Assembly (NCBI GenBank): GCA_050084515.1
Contig: CM114271.1
Location: 10,850,001-10,914,000 of the forward strand
From: Blasia pusilla
Taxonomy: Eukaryota
Reading direction: 5' to 3'
DNA length: 64,000 bases
The notes beneath the pieces are model-generated. The model saw nothing but the letters and a program-made list of their open reading frames with translations, had not been told where the DNA came from and made no database searches. This document shows positions 1-13,240 of the stretch, piece by piece (position 1 is the stretch's first letter; each line of letters opens with the position of its first letter). The position numbers were made by a program, and so were the translations under genes.

Positions 1-311
1 CACAGAGTCCTTCCTGTGAGCTAGGTTCCATTGTGCTTTCTTTGTGTGAGTAATCTCCACCAAAGCGTATGTTGCTGGATCTGTGTGGTTGCTCCAATGA
101 TAGAGGCTACGTGTTCCCTGAAGTACTTCTTGATTGAACAAATGTATGTGGTTGCCACGATGCGGTCATTGCGACCCCTTTGTCTTGCTCTTCATGTTGG
201 TTCTCGCTTGAGACCATCCACTATTGTAGATCTTATAGGCGCAGGCGCCATTTCTCTATTGCGGAGCGATGCCAGAATGCTTTTCGATCTAATTAACTGA
301 GCGAACCACAT

Positions 312-1174
312 TGATTCATTGAACAACATGCTAATCTTCGAGAATCCGGGTAGAGATGCCTGTCAAGAAATGTGAAAGTTATATATCTAGAATATATATT
401 TCAATATGTATGAGTTTAAGATGATCGATGATTCAATAGTAGAGGCCTCAAGGGTAGATTCTGAATCAAGAGCTATCTGTATCATCAATGTGTCCTCCAA
501 AGGATTTCTTGATTCTACTATTTGTGGCAAATGTATATGCTTGCCTTTATGGACTCATTGCGACCCCTTTGTCTTGCTCTTCATGCTGGTCCCCCCTTGA
601 GGCCGTCCACCCTTATAGATCGTATTGGCGCAATTTCTTTGTTACGGAGCGATGCCAGAATGCATTCCGATGTAATTAACTGATCGGACGCCACTGATTC
701 ATTGAACAACATGCTAATCTTCGAGAATCCGGGTAGAGATGCCTGTCAAGAAATGTGAAAGTTATATATCTAGAATATATATTTCAATATGTATGAGTTT
801 AAGATGATCGATGATTCAATAGTAGAGGCCTCAAGGGTAGATTCTGAATCAAGAGCTATCTGTATCATCAATGTGTCCTCCAAAGGATTTCTTGATTCTA
901 CTATTTGTGGCAAATGTATATGCTTGCCTTTATGGACTCATTGCGACCCCTTTGTCTTGCTCTTCATGCTGGTCCCCCCTTGAGGCCGTCCACCGTTGTA
1001 GATCGTATTGGCGCAATTTCTTTGTTACGGAGCGATGCCAGAATGCATTCCGATGTAATTAACTGATCGGACGCCACTGATTCATTGAACATCATGCCAA
1101 TCTTCGAGAATCCGGGTAGAGACGTCTGTGAAGAAAGGTGACAGTTGTATATATAGAATATATATTCAATATGT
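312..1174. repeat. Tandem repeat, 383-bp unit (two near-identical copies plus a partial third; diverged copies at ~100-311 and ~1380-1670)
   Basis: TGATTCATTGAAC recurs at 312, 695 and 1078. ORFs 406-600 and 789-983 are identical and offset by 383 bp. Confidence 0.92.
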
Positions 1175-2924
1175 AGGGGCTGAGGATTATCAACCCACAT
1201 GCATGAGTTTCTAATTAGCAATTTGATAATTCTGTCATTTTTCAAGGCAAGTGATTGAAATGCACACACTTAATAGTGTGAGTACTGGTTTGATATTGTT
1301 ATGTTGCCTAAAAGCATTGAGTTTCTTATTTTTGCACTTGTGAAGATGTTGGTTATTTTTAAATGCCTCATTGGTCGAGGCTGAATGAACAGTTCTGTGT
1401 GACATCAATGTGCCTTGTTAATCATTTCTTGATTGTACTAGTTGTGGTGAATCTATGTGCTTGCCTTTGTGGAGTCACTGCGATCCCTTTCTCTTGCTCC
1501 GGTATTCCAAATCCTAATGGAACAATTTGTCTACTGTTTAGCGATTCCATAATGCTTGCCGATGGAATGCCTTCATTGAGTAGCATGTTGAGATTAGAGA
1601 ATCTGGTTGGAGACTTTTATCTCAAAATGTGACAATTATAGAAAGTTGAAGAGAATGTGTAGTTCAATATCAAGGTGTTGAGACCCTCAACCCCTTTATT
1701 GCGAGGGGTTAAGATTGATCAACCCTCGTGCATGAGTTTGTAATATAATGATATGCTCGGTTGTCATTTGTGGAGCAAAAGTTAGTGAAATGCATGTACT
1801 TTATACAGAATGCTTACCACGTTAGGATGATAAAAAGCATTCTGTCCATGCCATAGCATTTGTAATTTAGTTCCATTATCATGAGTTTAGATTGCCTTTC
1901 CCTTTTACTTGCTCTAGAGTGATCAAGAAAGTGAATGTAAATCTAACATTTCACTTGGAATGTTTGTCTTTCTTAGACGTGTAGAGGTGCTTAAGTTAAG
2001 GAGCATATACCCTAAAAATTGTCCCATTCCGGTTGTGATTGAAGGGTACGAGGTGATTCTAGTGGATACACATGGCTTCAAGTGAACCACCAGACAAAGA
2101 TTTCCTCCAAAGCTTAACAAGGTGAAAGTTAGGAAAGCTAAATTAGAGGAAGAATTAGAGTTGGAAAAAATTTCACAAGTGGAAGCAGAATTAAAAAAAC
2201 GTGCAGAGGAAAGAGATAAGTTCTACATGGAATGTGCTATCTCAGAGCAAGAGGAGAAAGATAGGGCAGAATCTATGGCTTATGTTGAAACCCTTCAGTG
2301 TGAAGAACGGTTAGCACCATACAGGAAGAAAGTTGAGAAGGAGGAGAGAAGGTGGCAGAATATAAAGGTTTGGTCACCAAAATGATTTTTGGTTGTATAC
2401 TTGCTTTCAAACCTAGCCTTTGAGCTAAAACTTTGTTTGAAATGGGCTTAATGGAAGTAAATTCAAAGATTGTGGAAGCACTTTTTTTTGCTGATTCTTC
2501 ATAAGCATAAATTGTGTTTATCATGAATTTATTTTGTAGCGTATTCTTTTTCATGTATAGAGTAAATATCATGCCATGATGACCATATTGTGTCATATGT
2601 ACCAATAGATTACTAAGAATACTCAATGGCATGTGGGCATTGTGGGATAAAGGGAAGCATTGTACTTGCTCCGTAGGGTGAAGCTTTAGTACATTGGGAT
2701 TCTTGGTTGAATTTATTAGGCGAAGCCTGAATTTTTTAATTTGTTAAAAACTTCCCTCGCTCTTTTTGTATCCTACAAATCATGCTCTCTCAAGAAACAT
2801 GGAATGAAGTTTGGAATTGGAGCACTTATTCAATACAAATGTTTATTTTGTTGACCATTAGAGAGTGATGTCTACGTATCTCCTTCCAATCGAATATTAC
2901 AAATTTCAAAACTATTGGAAGGTC

Positions 2925-5650
2925 TCCGACACAATTGTATGAAAATCATGTGAATGATTTAACGCATGGTAGGAAAAAATATATTGGAGACAAAAAACCT
3001 CCATTTTCATGGAATATCATGATAACAATAAAAAATTAAAAGTTACAAAAATGAAAATGAGTATGCTATTATTTTTGTAGCTCTGGAAATTTTTTCCTAT
3101 TTGAACTCATAAGAAATGTTTGCCAATTGCAGAAATTCAAGGAACATAGGAAGGCATTTTGTTCAAGTCTTCTTTACTAACGAAAGGTATTCTGTTCAAA
3201 TGAGTTTTGTACACACGGCTCCCCCTACAAGCAGAATGCATTCCGCCACCTAACCAAAATACATCGTTTTGGTATATGTTATTGTGCGCATACATAAGGC
3301 TACACAAATGGCTCTTCTCCCAAAACTAGCCTCCAAATGATAACGTGTGTATACAGGTTACTTGTGATCGTTTACTCGGTCAGCGGGTCACTTGGGGGAA
3401 GTAAAACGCACGTTATCTACCGGTGGGCTAACGAAGATGTAACAATGTCTACTGTAATATTTGTTAGTGTTGGTTCAAAATGTGAGTGATCGTATTCGTT
3501 GAGAATGCTGTGAGAGGAGTTTTTAAAAGTAAGAGGCACACTCCAATATTAGTGTATATTTCAAATTTTAGGTAATTATAATGTCGGTTTCATATATGAA
3601 TTTAAATTATGAAACCTTTCTAAACTATAGGACTTTTAAATGTGACATCTTAAAAATTTGTAGTATATTGTTTAATTACTTTAAGTAGTTGTTATGCCAT
3701 TGAGATGCATGGTTTTAAAAAAACCCCAACATTCTATTTTTATATATATTGGATATTTTCTAGATTTTGATTTCATCATTTCATTTGAGTATCTTATTTG
3801 AAAACTTTGTTTGAAATGGGGTTGATGGAGGCAAATTCAAAGTTTGAGGAAGCACCTTTTTTTGCATGCTCTCTCGAGAAACATGGAGTGAAATTTGGAA
3901 TTGGAGCACTTATTCAATAGCAACTTATTTTTGTGTTGGCCATTAGGGAATGATGTCTATAGATCTCCTTCTAATCGAATATCCAAAATTTTATATATAA
4001 GAAATTTGAACCCAAAAACGTATCACTAATCCACCTATAGCTATGGATAATAGTAGAATTCCATTTGCATTCGAATAATTACAACATGTAAGAAACATTT
4101 ATAGGATCCTTCTATATTTTATTCGCTTTAAAAAAAAGAGGAAAAAACGATCATACTATTACAGGCATTCGGATGATTATCTCATAGATTCTCACTTTGA
4201 TAGCCTATGAATGAATCTCACATGTGAAATTTGTCTATGAAGCCTCTCCAATATTTTATTTAATTGCATATTAATTGGGAAAATGTGATATTATCGTTTC
4301 CTTTTCGTGGGAGTCCATGGCCGAGAAAATAAAATCACTTTTTCAATTAGGAACATGTCAATAATATTTTAAAATATAAACCAAAAATAAATTTAAATTA
4401 ATATGATTATTTAATTTAAAATTTAAAATTTATTTCTTTTAATATTTAAAATTAAATTCTATGAGAAAAATCATATGTAATTAAGAAATTAAAGGGAGGC
4501 ATACCAAATTACCTAAAATTTGGGAAAGTGTAGAACCTATGTGAGGATATAAATGTTTGGATAAGGAATCCCTTCATATCATATTTGGTAGGGAGAAAGA
4601 ATATGATGATTGTCTTTGTACATCTTATAGAGACCTTAAAAGTCTTATAGTTTAGAAAGGTTTCATAATTTAAATTCATATACGAAACCGACATTATAAT
4701 TACCTAAACTTTGAAATATACACTAGTTTTGGAGTGTGCCTCTTACTTTTTAAAACTCCTCTCACAGCATTCTCAACGAATACGATCACTCACATTTTGA
4801 ACCAACACTAGTAAGCATTACAATAGACATTTTCACATCTTAGTTATCCTACCGGTAGATAACATGCGTTTTACTTTCCCCAAGTGACTCGTTGACCGAG
4901 TCAACAATCATAGGTAACCTGTTTACAAACGTTATCATTTAGAGGCTAGTTTTGGGGGAAGAGCCATTTGTAAAGAAGACTTGAACAAAATGCCTTCCTT
5001 TATTTGCTGGTTTTGGGGGAAACGCACAATAACATATACCAAAACGATGAAGTCACACTATCCTTGTCTCATCTAAAATTATTTTTTCCTTTTGCAATTT
5101 TTTAAATCGTTTTCGCTCTCCCCTTATTACTTGGTTATATAATACTAGCGTAATAAATTGTACAATATAGAAAGTTAAGAGCCCACAATTTGGAATTTCT
5201 TCCATTGAATAGATCAAAATTTAATATTCTTCATTCCTTCATAAGGTAAATCGGACAACATTATGATAATTACAAATTTTTCTCACGCATCTTAAAAAAT
5301 ATACTACCACATATAATCTATATTGGTTAAGGGTATGACCACCTTCCGTTTATAGATGAGTGCATAATAACTTCCGTTCATCAGGTTTAAGTGGCGGAAT
5401 GCATTTTGCTTGTAGGGGGAGCCATGTGTACAAAACTCATATAAACAGTTAGTACCTTTCGTTAGTAAAGAAGACTTGAACAAAATGCCTTCCTATACTC
5501 CTTGAATTTCTTCAATTGGAAAACATTTATTATGAGTTGAAATGGGAAAAAAATTCTAGGGATACTAAAAGAAAGGCATATTCCTTTTCATTTTTGTAAC
5601 TTCCAATTTCTTATTGTTATCATAACTGTTTCATACAACCGTGTCGGAAC
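2925..5650. repeat. Long imperfect inverted repeat: arms ~2925-3640 and ~4637-5650 around an AT-rich ~1-kb spacer
   Basis: 3303-3640 is the reverse complement of 4637-4971 (e.g. GAGAATGCTGTGAGAGGAGTTTTTAAAAGTAAGAGGCACACTCCA vs TGGAGTGTGCCTCTTACTTTTTAAAACTCCTCTCACAGCATTCTC). 2925-3255 matches 5385-5650 in reverse. Confidence 0.88.
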
Positions 5651-6354
5651 ATTATTTGGAAGAAAATGGAAAGCATTCCACCTTGCCCATATGATCACTA
5701 TGGAAGGATTTTTTCAAATAAAATATGTGATGTTTCAAAAGCTAACGTTCATATGTCATTGTTATTTGCTAGCAAATAGAAAGCTTTCTTCCTTTCCCAT
5801 ATCCTACCTTACAAGGGCCTTACAAGAGACATTCTACTATCAAACATAGCCTTATTTGGAGTACTTATACCGAAGTGTGTATCAAGTGTCACAAACCAAA
5901 TAGGGTGCGAAGGGATTGAAGACTAAGATGGAGAAGATTGAAAGCATTCTAGTTTTCTGAATCTGAAATATTATACAATATGTACATGGAATGCATTCCA
6001 TCAAGTTATCAGCCAACAAAGCTCTCGTGATGTGTCTTTCAGAATGAGAAGGGTGGCATTCCAGCAATATAGTACAGTATTATATAACAATGTCTGAAAA
6101 ATTTATTTCCTTCATGCTACTAGAACAAAACACAGAGAAAATCCATGCTACTATCCATGTTACTATACTCCATACGTGCAACTTACAGCTATGGACCAAC
6201 CATAACAATAATGAATGCAAATAAGAGAAGGAATACTTTATTATCACAGAAAAAAAGCTTTCTTATAACAGGTTGCAGAAATTCCCATGGGTTATGGTGA
6301 TATTTAAGTCTCATGTCTTCCTTTATATTTGAAGGAAGAGTTTTAATGGATAAG

Positions 6355-6981
6355 CTACCTCAGCTTTTTTGGCCAAAGATCCAATGTGATTTGAGCGCGC
6401 AGGAATTCCCATGCACTCCTGTTATCATCTAAATACCCTAACACATCATGTTTTGCTACAATCAATCCTAAAACGTCCATCTGTTCCACCATGGAATGTC
6501 CTTTGCAAACAAATTTTTGTACAACCTCAGGGAAGCCATGAAAAGTTTCCTCAAGAGGCGTACTTTGAAGCTGATGGAGAAGAACCTGCAGCGTGTTGAA
6601 TGAGGTCTGCAATTCATTCACGATTGAATCCATACTATTGCAGACATTTGAGATTGCTTTCAAGCTATTTGATAAAGCCAAAAACTTAGCCAACGTTCTC
6701 TGCTCATAATTGGTTGTACCCTTCCCTATATGGCCCATAAAAAAATTGATGAAAGTCTCGCCAAAGTGCTTATTCATGTCCAACAAAGATGCATTTGTTG
6801 TATACAATGGACAGTTGGATATACTATCCTTCAACTTTCGTGAGCGTTTCCCACTCCCCTTGACCGATATCACACTTATATCGCCTTCTTTGTGGCTTAC
6901 ATCATGTGGAGTGCCCTTCCAAAATTCCAAGCTTTCTTTTCGGCTTCTCTTCCTTCCAGCATCTGAACTTTCCATGGGCAT
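6355..6981 (-). CDS. Hypothetical 208-aa protein, probable transposon accessory ORF
   Basis: Open 208-aa frame with a basic N-terminus (RKRSRK) and helical C-terminus, co-oriented with the adjacent transposase. No family recognised. Confidence 0.35.
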   Translation of the reverse strand: MPMESSDAGRKRSRKESLEFWKGTPHDVSHKEGDISVISVKGSGKRSRKLKDSISNCPLYTTNASLLDMNKHFGETFINFFMGHIGKGTTNYEQRTLAKFLALSNSLKAISNVCNSMDSIVNELQTSFNTLQVLLHQLQSTPLEETFHGFPEVVQKFVCKGHSMVEQMDVLGLIVAKHDVLGYLDDNRSAWEFLRAQITLDLWPKKLR

Positions 6982-7881
6982 AAAATCTTAGAAGATTGAA
7001 TACTCTGAATGGCTCTTGATGCAGAGTTATGATGCTGCCCAATAGCCACTTCTCCAGATTGTAGGTGCCCTCTAAAAAAACTCTCTTGCCATCATGTGCA
7101 AATCCCTGTATAGCAATGCCCACAAGGAAATATTTAAGAATGAGATTGCTTTTACAATTTTGATAGTCAGTAGTAAGCAATCTCTCTATCATTCTCGCGC
7201 ACACTTCTTCAACGCCACAGAATCCAACCACGATGACTTGCCTCATTACGTGCATCCTGAATCGCGTCCGCGTGGGCGCAAGAGGGTCCGCGGCGGCTCC
7301 TAAAATTTTGGAAGCATAGGTCAGGTCTAAAGGGAAGATTCACTTGGGCGTCGCCCAAGCGCGTCCGCGGGGTTGACGCTTGGGATAGCATGGTGTTGTG
7401 ATAGAATGCCTTCTGATAATATTTTTGGTAAGCATTCCGGTATTTTTACGAGACATAGAAGTTAGTACTTAGAGTTTTAAAGTTGTTCATTTTTTCAATA
7501 AACGCAAGTCTAAAGGGACCTTTGATAGAATGCCTTCCGATAACATTTTCGGTAAGCATTGTGGATTTCTTTATCACTACCGGACATATGCGTTAGTCTT
7601 GAAACGTATATTGTGCCATGTTTATCTCTCATGTATTTCATTATTTCCTCAAAGTGCAGTCGTTTCCTTCCGAAAACATTGAAGAGTTGTTCATTATTTC
7701 AATTACATGGTGGGGAAAAAAAGAGCAAGGAAGGATCACCATCTAATCTAGGGAGAGACATTTCTATAAAGATGCAATAAGACAATCAATGAAATAGTAA
7801 TAAACACCATAGCACATGGTAGAAACTGTATCAAGGATTTTGCATTGATCAAAATGTATTGGAGGATGAAGGATTGCATCC

Positions 7882-10800
7882 TTATTCAAAATTTCCAATG
7901 ATATCACCAAAAGCGTACTGTATACGATGAGATCTGAAAATGAAGTTCATTCAGATATGGACATTCATACCTCCATTTTCTGAATTATTGTTCTGGAATA
8001 TAGCAGCATCTCCGTCTAGTTCCTCTTGTGGACCCAATTTTCTCTTCTTGGGTTTTGGCTTTGGAAAACATGGCAAAGAGGAACTATTGACCTCATCTAT
8101 TTGAGAACTTCTACTTGCAATTCGAGTACTTCTTCTAGAAGGTTATGGCCATCGTTCAACGCTAGACTTCACTCGTTTGATGGAGTTATTATTGATGAAT
8201 CCATCTCTGTAAATCTGAAACGGATTTCCTGGTTGCGGTGTTAAGCCATTGTTGAAAGTCACCTTTGCCGTCTCTATTCTACCATTGGTTTCTCTCAACA
8301 TCTTACATACTAATGTCAAATATTGCAGGTTTCCTCCACAATTAGTGCATAGTTCAGTGTATAACTTGTCCATAGTAACGACCATCTGCTCCATAGAGGA
8401 AGATGGACTTGGATGAGTTCTATTAGAACTCTCTTGTATTCCCATTAGCATCGATGGAGATCCTTCTGCAATTGGTGGATGGTGCAGAAACGTGCCCATA
8501 TCTCCATCTTCTATATATGAAGAAAATATGGTACTATCTTCATCTAGAATGCCTTCTGAAACATACCACATAGTAGCCATAACTTAAAAAAGGATATGTC
8601 ACAACAAATAAGACACCTCAACACCAAGGATATATCTTGAAGTATGAATTCATTGACAGGAGAAAATACTTGATTCTCTTGCTGGTAATTTATTGAGATC
8701 CAATGTGTTCGCCAACAATGGATGTAAGGTAGTGCTTGATTCGATCCTCACCATTTGTAGATGGCATATTCCTCCTCGTGTCGTACCCAATCTTGTTCCT
8801 AATACCCTCACCAATTCGGCCTCATCAAATTTTTCCTGCAACAAAGCAGCAATCTATTTTCCACTTCCACATTCAGTCGGTTTCTACTACATAATTCCTA
8901 TTTTCTCCTGAACCATTTATTAACAAAAGATATTACTTCATGGAAAAATCATCAAGTGAAACTTACCATATGCTTACAAATGTTACCCTTGAGAGACCAT
9001 TGACACTCACAATGTCCCCACTCAGTGTCATAATTGTACACTTCGTACCACTTATTGAGAACTGTCTAGCTCTTTACTCGCGCCATGCGTATATTATCCC
9101 TCGCTTCACTTAGTACAACGTCACTGGCCGCAATAGCTTTTCCTTTTAGAACTGCATTGTTGATATATTGCTCTTGTGCTGCATTTTGCACAAAGCCTTT
9201 CTTTTTTAAGAGTTGTATGTGGAAATACCATGCTTCAATGGACTCAAGGAGCTTCCACACAAGGTAGTCACCTCTTCTTTTAGCCAAACTCTTGTTATCA
9301 TCATTTAGTACTGCTTTCATGCTTCCGTGATAAGCTTCAATAGCAACATTCGTATCTTGGTTTGCATGAGGATAGTCCCTAGCTGCTCTAATCCACTTTT
9401 CTGCACAAAAAACCAGCAAGAGTCACCACATATTGACTCTTGGTTACATATATAACTTAAAAGACGAACAGAGAGGGAAAATCTAAGAGACATGAGAGGT
9501 TCAATGAACTTGCCTAGTTTGGGCTCCCAATAAGTCTGGATGTATTTCACAAAATCGACTGCTCCCCTGAAGTCTGCGTAGAACTGTTGCAAGGCGTTTC
9601 TTGCATCATACAAGATCTCACCTCTTGTGTAGGTACCACAACGGTTGACATACATTATTTCACCAAGGCGTCGTGACATTTGTGCTCTTAAATGGGATAG
9701 TGGACCTTGCGCTTCAATTGCTTCAACCAATCGTGTCGTACATGCCAAAGGCACAAAATGATGTTTACACCTCCAAATGTCTCTCTGCATGGAATGAAAA
9801 ATAGATAACGTCACTGAATTTGCATGGCTATAATGCTTTCCAGGTTTGCATGATGCATGCCATAATTTTAAAATAGAATTATGTTGCTTATTTATTACAA
9901 GATACAATATGGACAAGAAGTGGAGGGAAAAACCTCAAGGCAAAAACAAAATGCCTTGAGGTTTTTCCCTCCACTTCTTGTTGAGGTTTTTCCCTCCACT
10001 TCCAAATGCAGTCATTTGTATAATCCACAATGACTGCATTTGGCTCCCAATTGGGTTGGATTGTCTTACATTTCCCAACCACTGCCTTCATCCACCTAAT
10101 CAAATATACCTCTTTCGAGCTACTTGTCAAAACCCATGCCACCAGTATCCCTGTATGATGCTCATCAAATACCAAAATAGTGTATAATGGGAACTTCACT
10201 CATACAATCCACACACCCAACAAACCATTACAACAGTGTTTGAGACTTTGCTCAATAAATTAGTGATGAATTTTTTTTTCAAAACACCATGATAACATGC
10301 AGTGAGCTTACCTTGCTTTGATTTGTTCCAAATGTACTGTCCATACTCAAAACACTATTGTGTCCAAGCTTGACCAATGTTTGCAATTGCCATTGGCTTT
10401 GGAAGCCTAAGATGAAGGGCCTTGTATTCTCTATATATGGTTCATAAAAGAACACCTTGTCTGGATATAGGGTAACAAAATGTCTCAATGAATCATTTTC
10501 ACTGATACAATATTGAAAGGTCTCCATGTTCAGCTCCTTCTTCACATTGAGGATATTATGCATTTGCAAGAAATCATCTCTCTTCATGCTTTCTTCAAAT
10601 TTTGGATCCGTCTCAGATCGCATCTTCAATGTGACACCATGCTCTGACATAATCTGGTGGGGCTTCACCCCAAGACGAAGCCTCTCTTTAATATAGGATC
10701 TCAGATTGTGTGATATTCTTGGGGCATACATCTTTGGTGTGTCCTTGCATATTGGATCATGTGAACCGTGACATGGCTTCCCTTCCTTGTCGATATGTAG

Positions 10801-11589
10801 CCTGTGCTTGTAAACAATCTTTGCACCATGAATAGGATCCCTCAACTCCGAAACAGAAAAGCGACATTGACATCCACGCTTCCAACTTCCCCCTCGAATG
10901 ATCTTTTGGCCACGTGGCCTACTTCCAGGTCCTGTTTTAGGAATATTTGACCTGTAATATCCAATGATATGTCCAATGTTAATAGTTATTCAATGGACTG
11001 TTATCACCTGTGTTACAATTATGGAGGAAAAATACAAAAGTCATTCCGACATGTGTTTTGGGAGATAATGATTATGAAACCTCCTCATACAAGAATGAAG
11101 AAAAGTTTTGAAATCAGAACATGACAGGAAAGGAACTTTAGAATCCAAACATGATATAAAAAGAGCAAAACAAAAATGAATATATGGAGTCTACTTTATT
11201 TACCTATTGATAGCTGGTTGTCGTTGATGTCGGTGGTCTTGCGGCCCATAAGCACAAAAGAAAAAAATGTATGTTGGATCCTTTCGTTCCATATCTCCGA
11301 CATCTTTCAGACATCTTGACGTTACTTTCCAAAAATTCGTGGGATTCATCCCATCTCCATCACCTTCACCTTCAATAAAATCCTCCAATCTTTCCCAAGG
11401 AATATAGGCAGTATTGCAAATATCCCAGTATAGGCAGGAGGCTGATATAGGTCATGGTGGCATATCCCCTTGGATTTGTATCCTCCCCATGGCTAAGATT
11501 CTTTTGTTTAAAGCACTTTGATGTACGTCTATATGGTCCATCTCAGGAGGATGTTCCAATAGAGGGTTGGGATGTATATTTCTATCCAT
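7882..11589 (-). pseudogene. Spliced Mutator-superfamily DDE transposase with SWIM zinc finger, resembling the plant At4g13970/At1g60560 SWIM protein family; pseudogenised
   Basis: Exon fragments read FCAYGPQDHR, KRGCQCRF, HIDKEGKPCHG, SMDSTFGTN (D1), FPLYTILVFD, NAVIVD (D2), LCLWHV (CxxH, ~9750), DTNVAIEAYH (E) and HCECQWSLKGNICKHM (SWIM, ~8966-9015). In-frame TAG at 9066-9068, frameshift near 9690, GT-AG introns. Ends are approximate. Confidence 0.85.
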
Positions 11590-11678
11590 GTAATCCTGCA
11601 CAATAATTAATCATCGGCCAAAGTGATTAACTTCGTAAGAGAAACAAAATATTGTAGAATAGCAAAATATATCATGAT

Positions 11679-12260
11679 AGAAATAATTCCAAATCCGACA
11701 GAAGAAGATATAGAGAATCAAAGAAAAACATGCACCATGCACACTAAACGTCTGGCTGAACTTAAGATATCATTTCTGCCCTTGTGAGTGACAGGTTGCC
11801 ATAATGCCTTCCAAAATATGGAGAGAGGCCACACTGAAAACCTTGGTAAGAGGAAAACTTTACAGAAACCAAGCACTCCTCAATTGCAAGTTATACGAGG
11901 AAAGAAATAATTCCAAATCCGACAGAAGAAGATATAGAGAATCAAAGAAAAACATGCACCATGCACACTAAACGCCTGGCTGAACTTAAGATATCATTTC
12001 TGCCCTTGTGAGTGACAGGTTGCCATAATGCCTTCCAAAATATGGAGAGAGGCCACACTGAAAACCTTGGTAAGAGGAAAACATTACAGAAACCAAGCAC
12101 TCCTCAATTGCAAGTTATACGAGGAAAGAAATAATTCCAAATCCGACAGAAGAAGATATAGAGAATCAAAGAAAAACATGCACCATGCACACTAAACGCC
12201 TGGCTAAACTTAAGTCATAATTTCAGCCTTTGTGAGTGAGAGATTTCCATATTGCCTTCC
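11679..12260. repeat. Tandem repeat, 224-bp unit, ~2.5 copies, directly upstream of the SWIM transposase
   Basis: AAATAATTCCAAATCCGACAGAAGAAG at 11681, 11905 and 12129. Confidence 0.92.
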
Positions 12261-13240
12261 AGAATAAACATAACGGAAAGACTCCATTTATTTAGGAGCA
12301 CCTTCTGTTATGTTGTATTGGAGAAATGAAAGGATTTCTTCAATAGCTTCCAGAAATAATGGAAAAGGTCTTGAAAGGAAGACTTATTACACAAGCTCTA
12401 GTCAAATAAAGGATGGAATACCTTCCTTTAACTATGGTTGAAGGTAAAATGTTATTCTTCTAATTATCAATGAGTATTGTAGCATCATTTCTAATCAAAG
12501 TAGAATGTCTGTAAACTTATTATGTCTGATACCAAAGCCAAGTAAGTATATCATGAATTGTTGTTTCATGCACTTATGTCCTTGCTTTGGAGACCAGAAA
12601 AAATTGTCTAATGCTCATAACAAGTATTCATATGCCACATATGAAAACGAATACACTTGTTCACACATATGGGTGTATAGTGAGCAGAAAGTTGCCCAAA
12701 TGTAGTTGCCTCAAGAAGAGTATCATCTGTGTGGTATTGAGCAATATTATTGTCTCCCACAATGTAGAGTGATGTGGACCACATTGAAAAGTCAAGAAGA
12801 AGATTTCTTTCAACTTCTGAAAGCAGGCCTAAACTCTAAAGTAGTAATGAAAGAAAATAAAGTAGACTATGCCGCCATTTCTAAGAGAAAAAAATATAGA
12901 TTTATATTCTATCCTTGTGGCCAAAATCTCGAGGTGATCATTCTTTTGAACATATTCCATGCCCAAACAACAAATTTCTTCATGAGAAAACAACCCCATT
13001 CGTTTCTCTAATGATTATATCTGCAAGCTATCTTGTATATCCTACAAAGATCATCTATTTCAATGTAGCACCTCAACCTGCAATCCAACTCCACCTGAGA
13101 ACACAAAGCCACATCCATTCATCATCTTTAGAATTATATCTAAGTAGCTCTTTCGTTTTGATACATGATATCTACAATAGGAATATACTTTAAAAAGCAA
13201 GATGGTTGAAAGAGGTGAAAAAACTAAATCAAACGGTACC

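Noticed and set aside
406-1062. Duplicated 63-64 aa ORFs
   Set aside because: By-products of the 383-bp tandem repeat, with no recognisable protein features.
2122-2385. 87-aa E/K-rich ORF
   Set aside because: Low complexity and non-ATG start; cannot support a product call.
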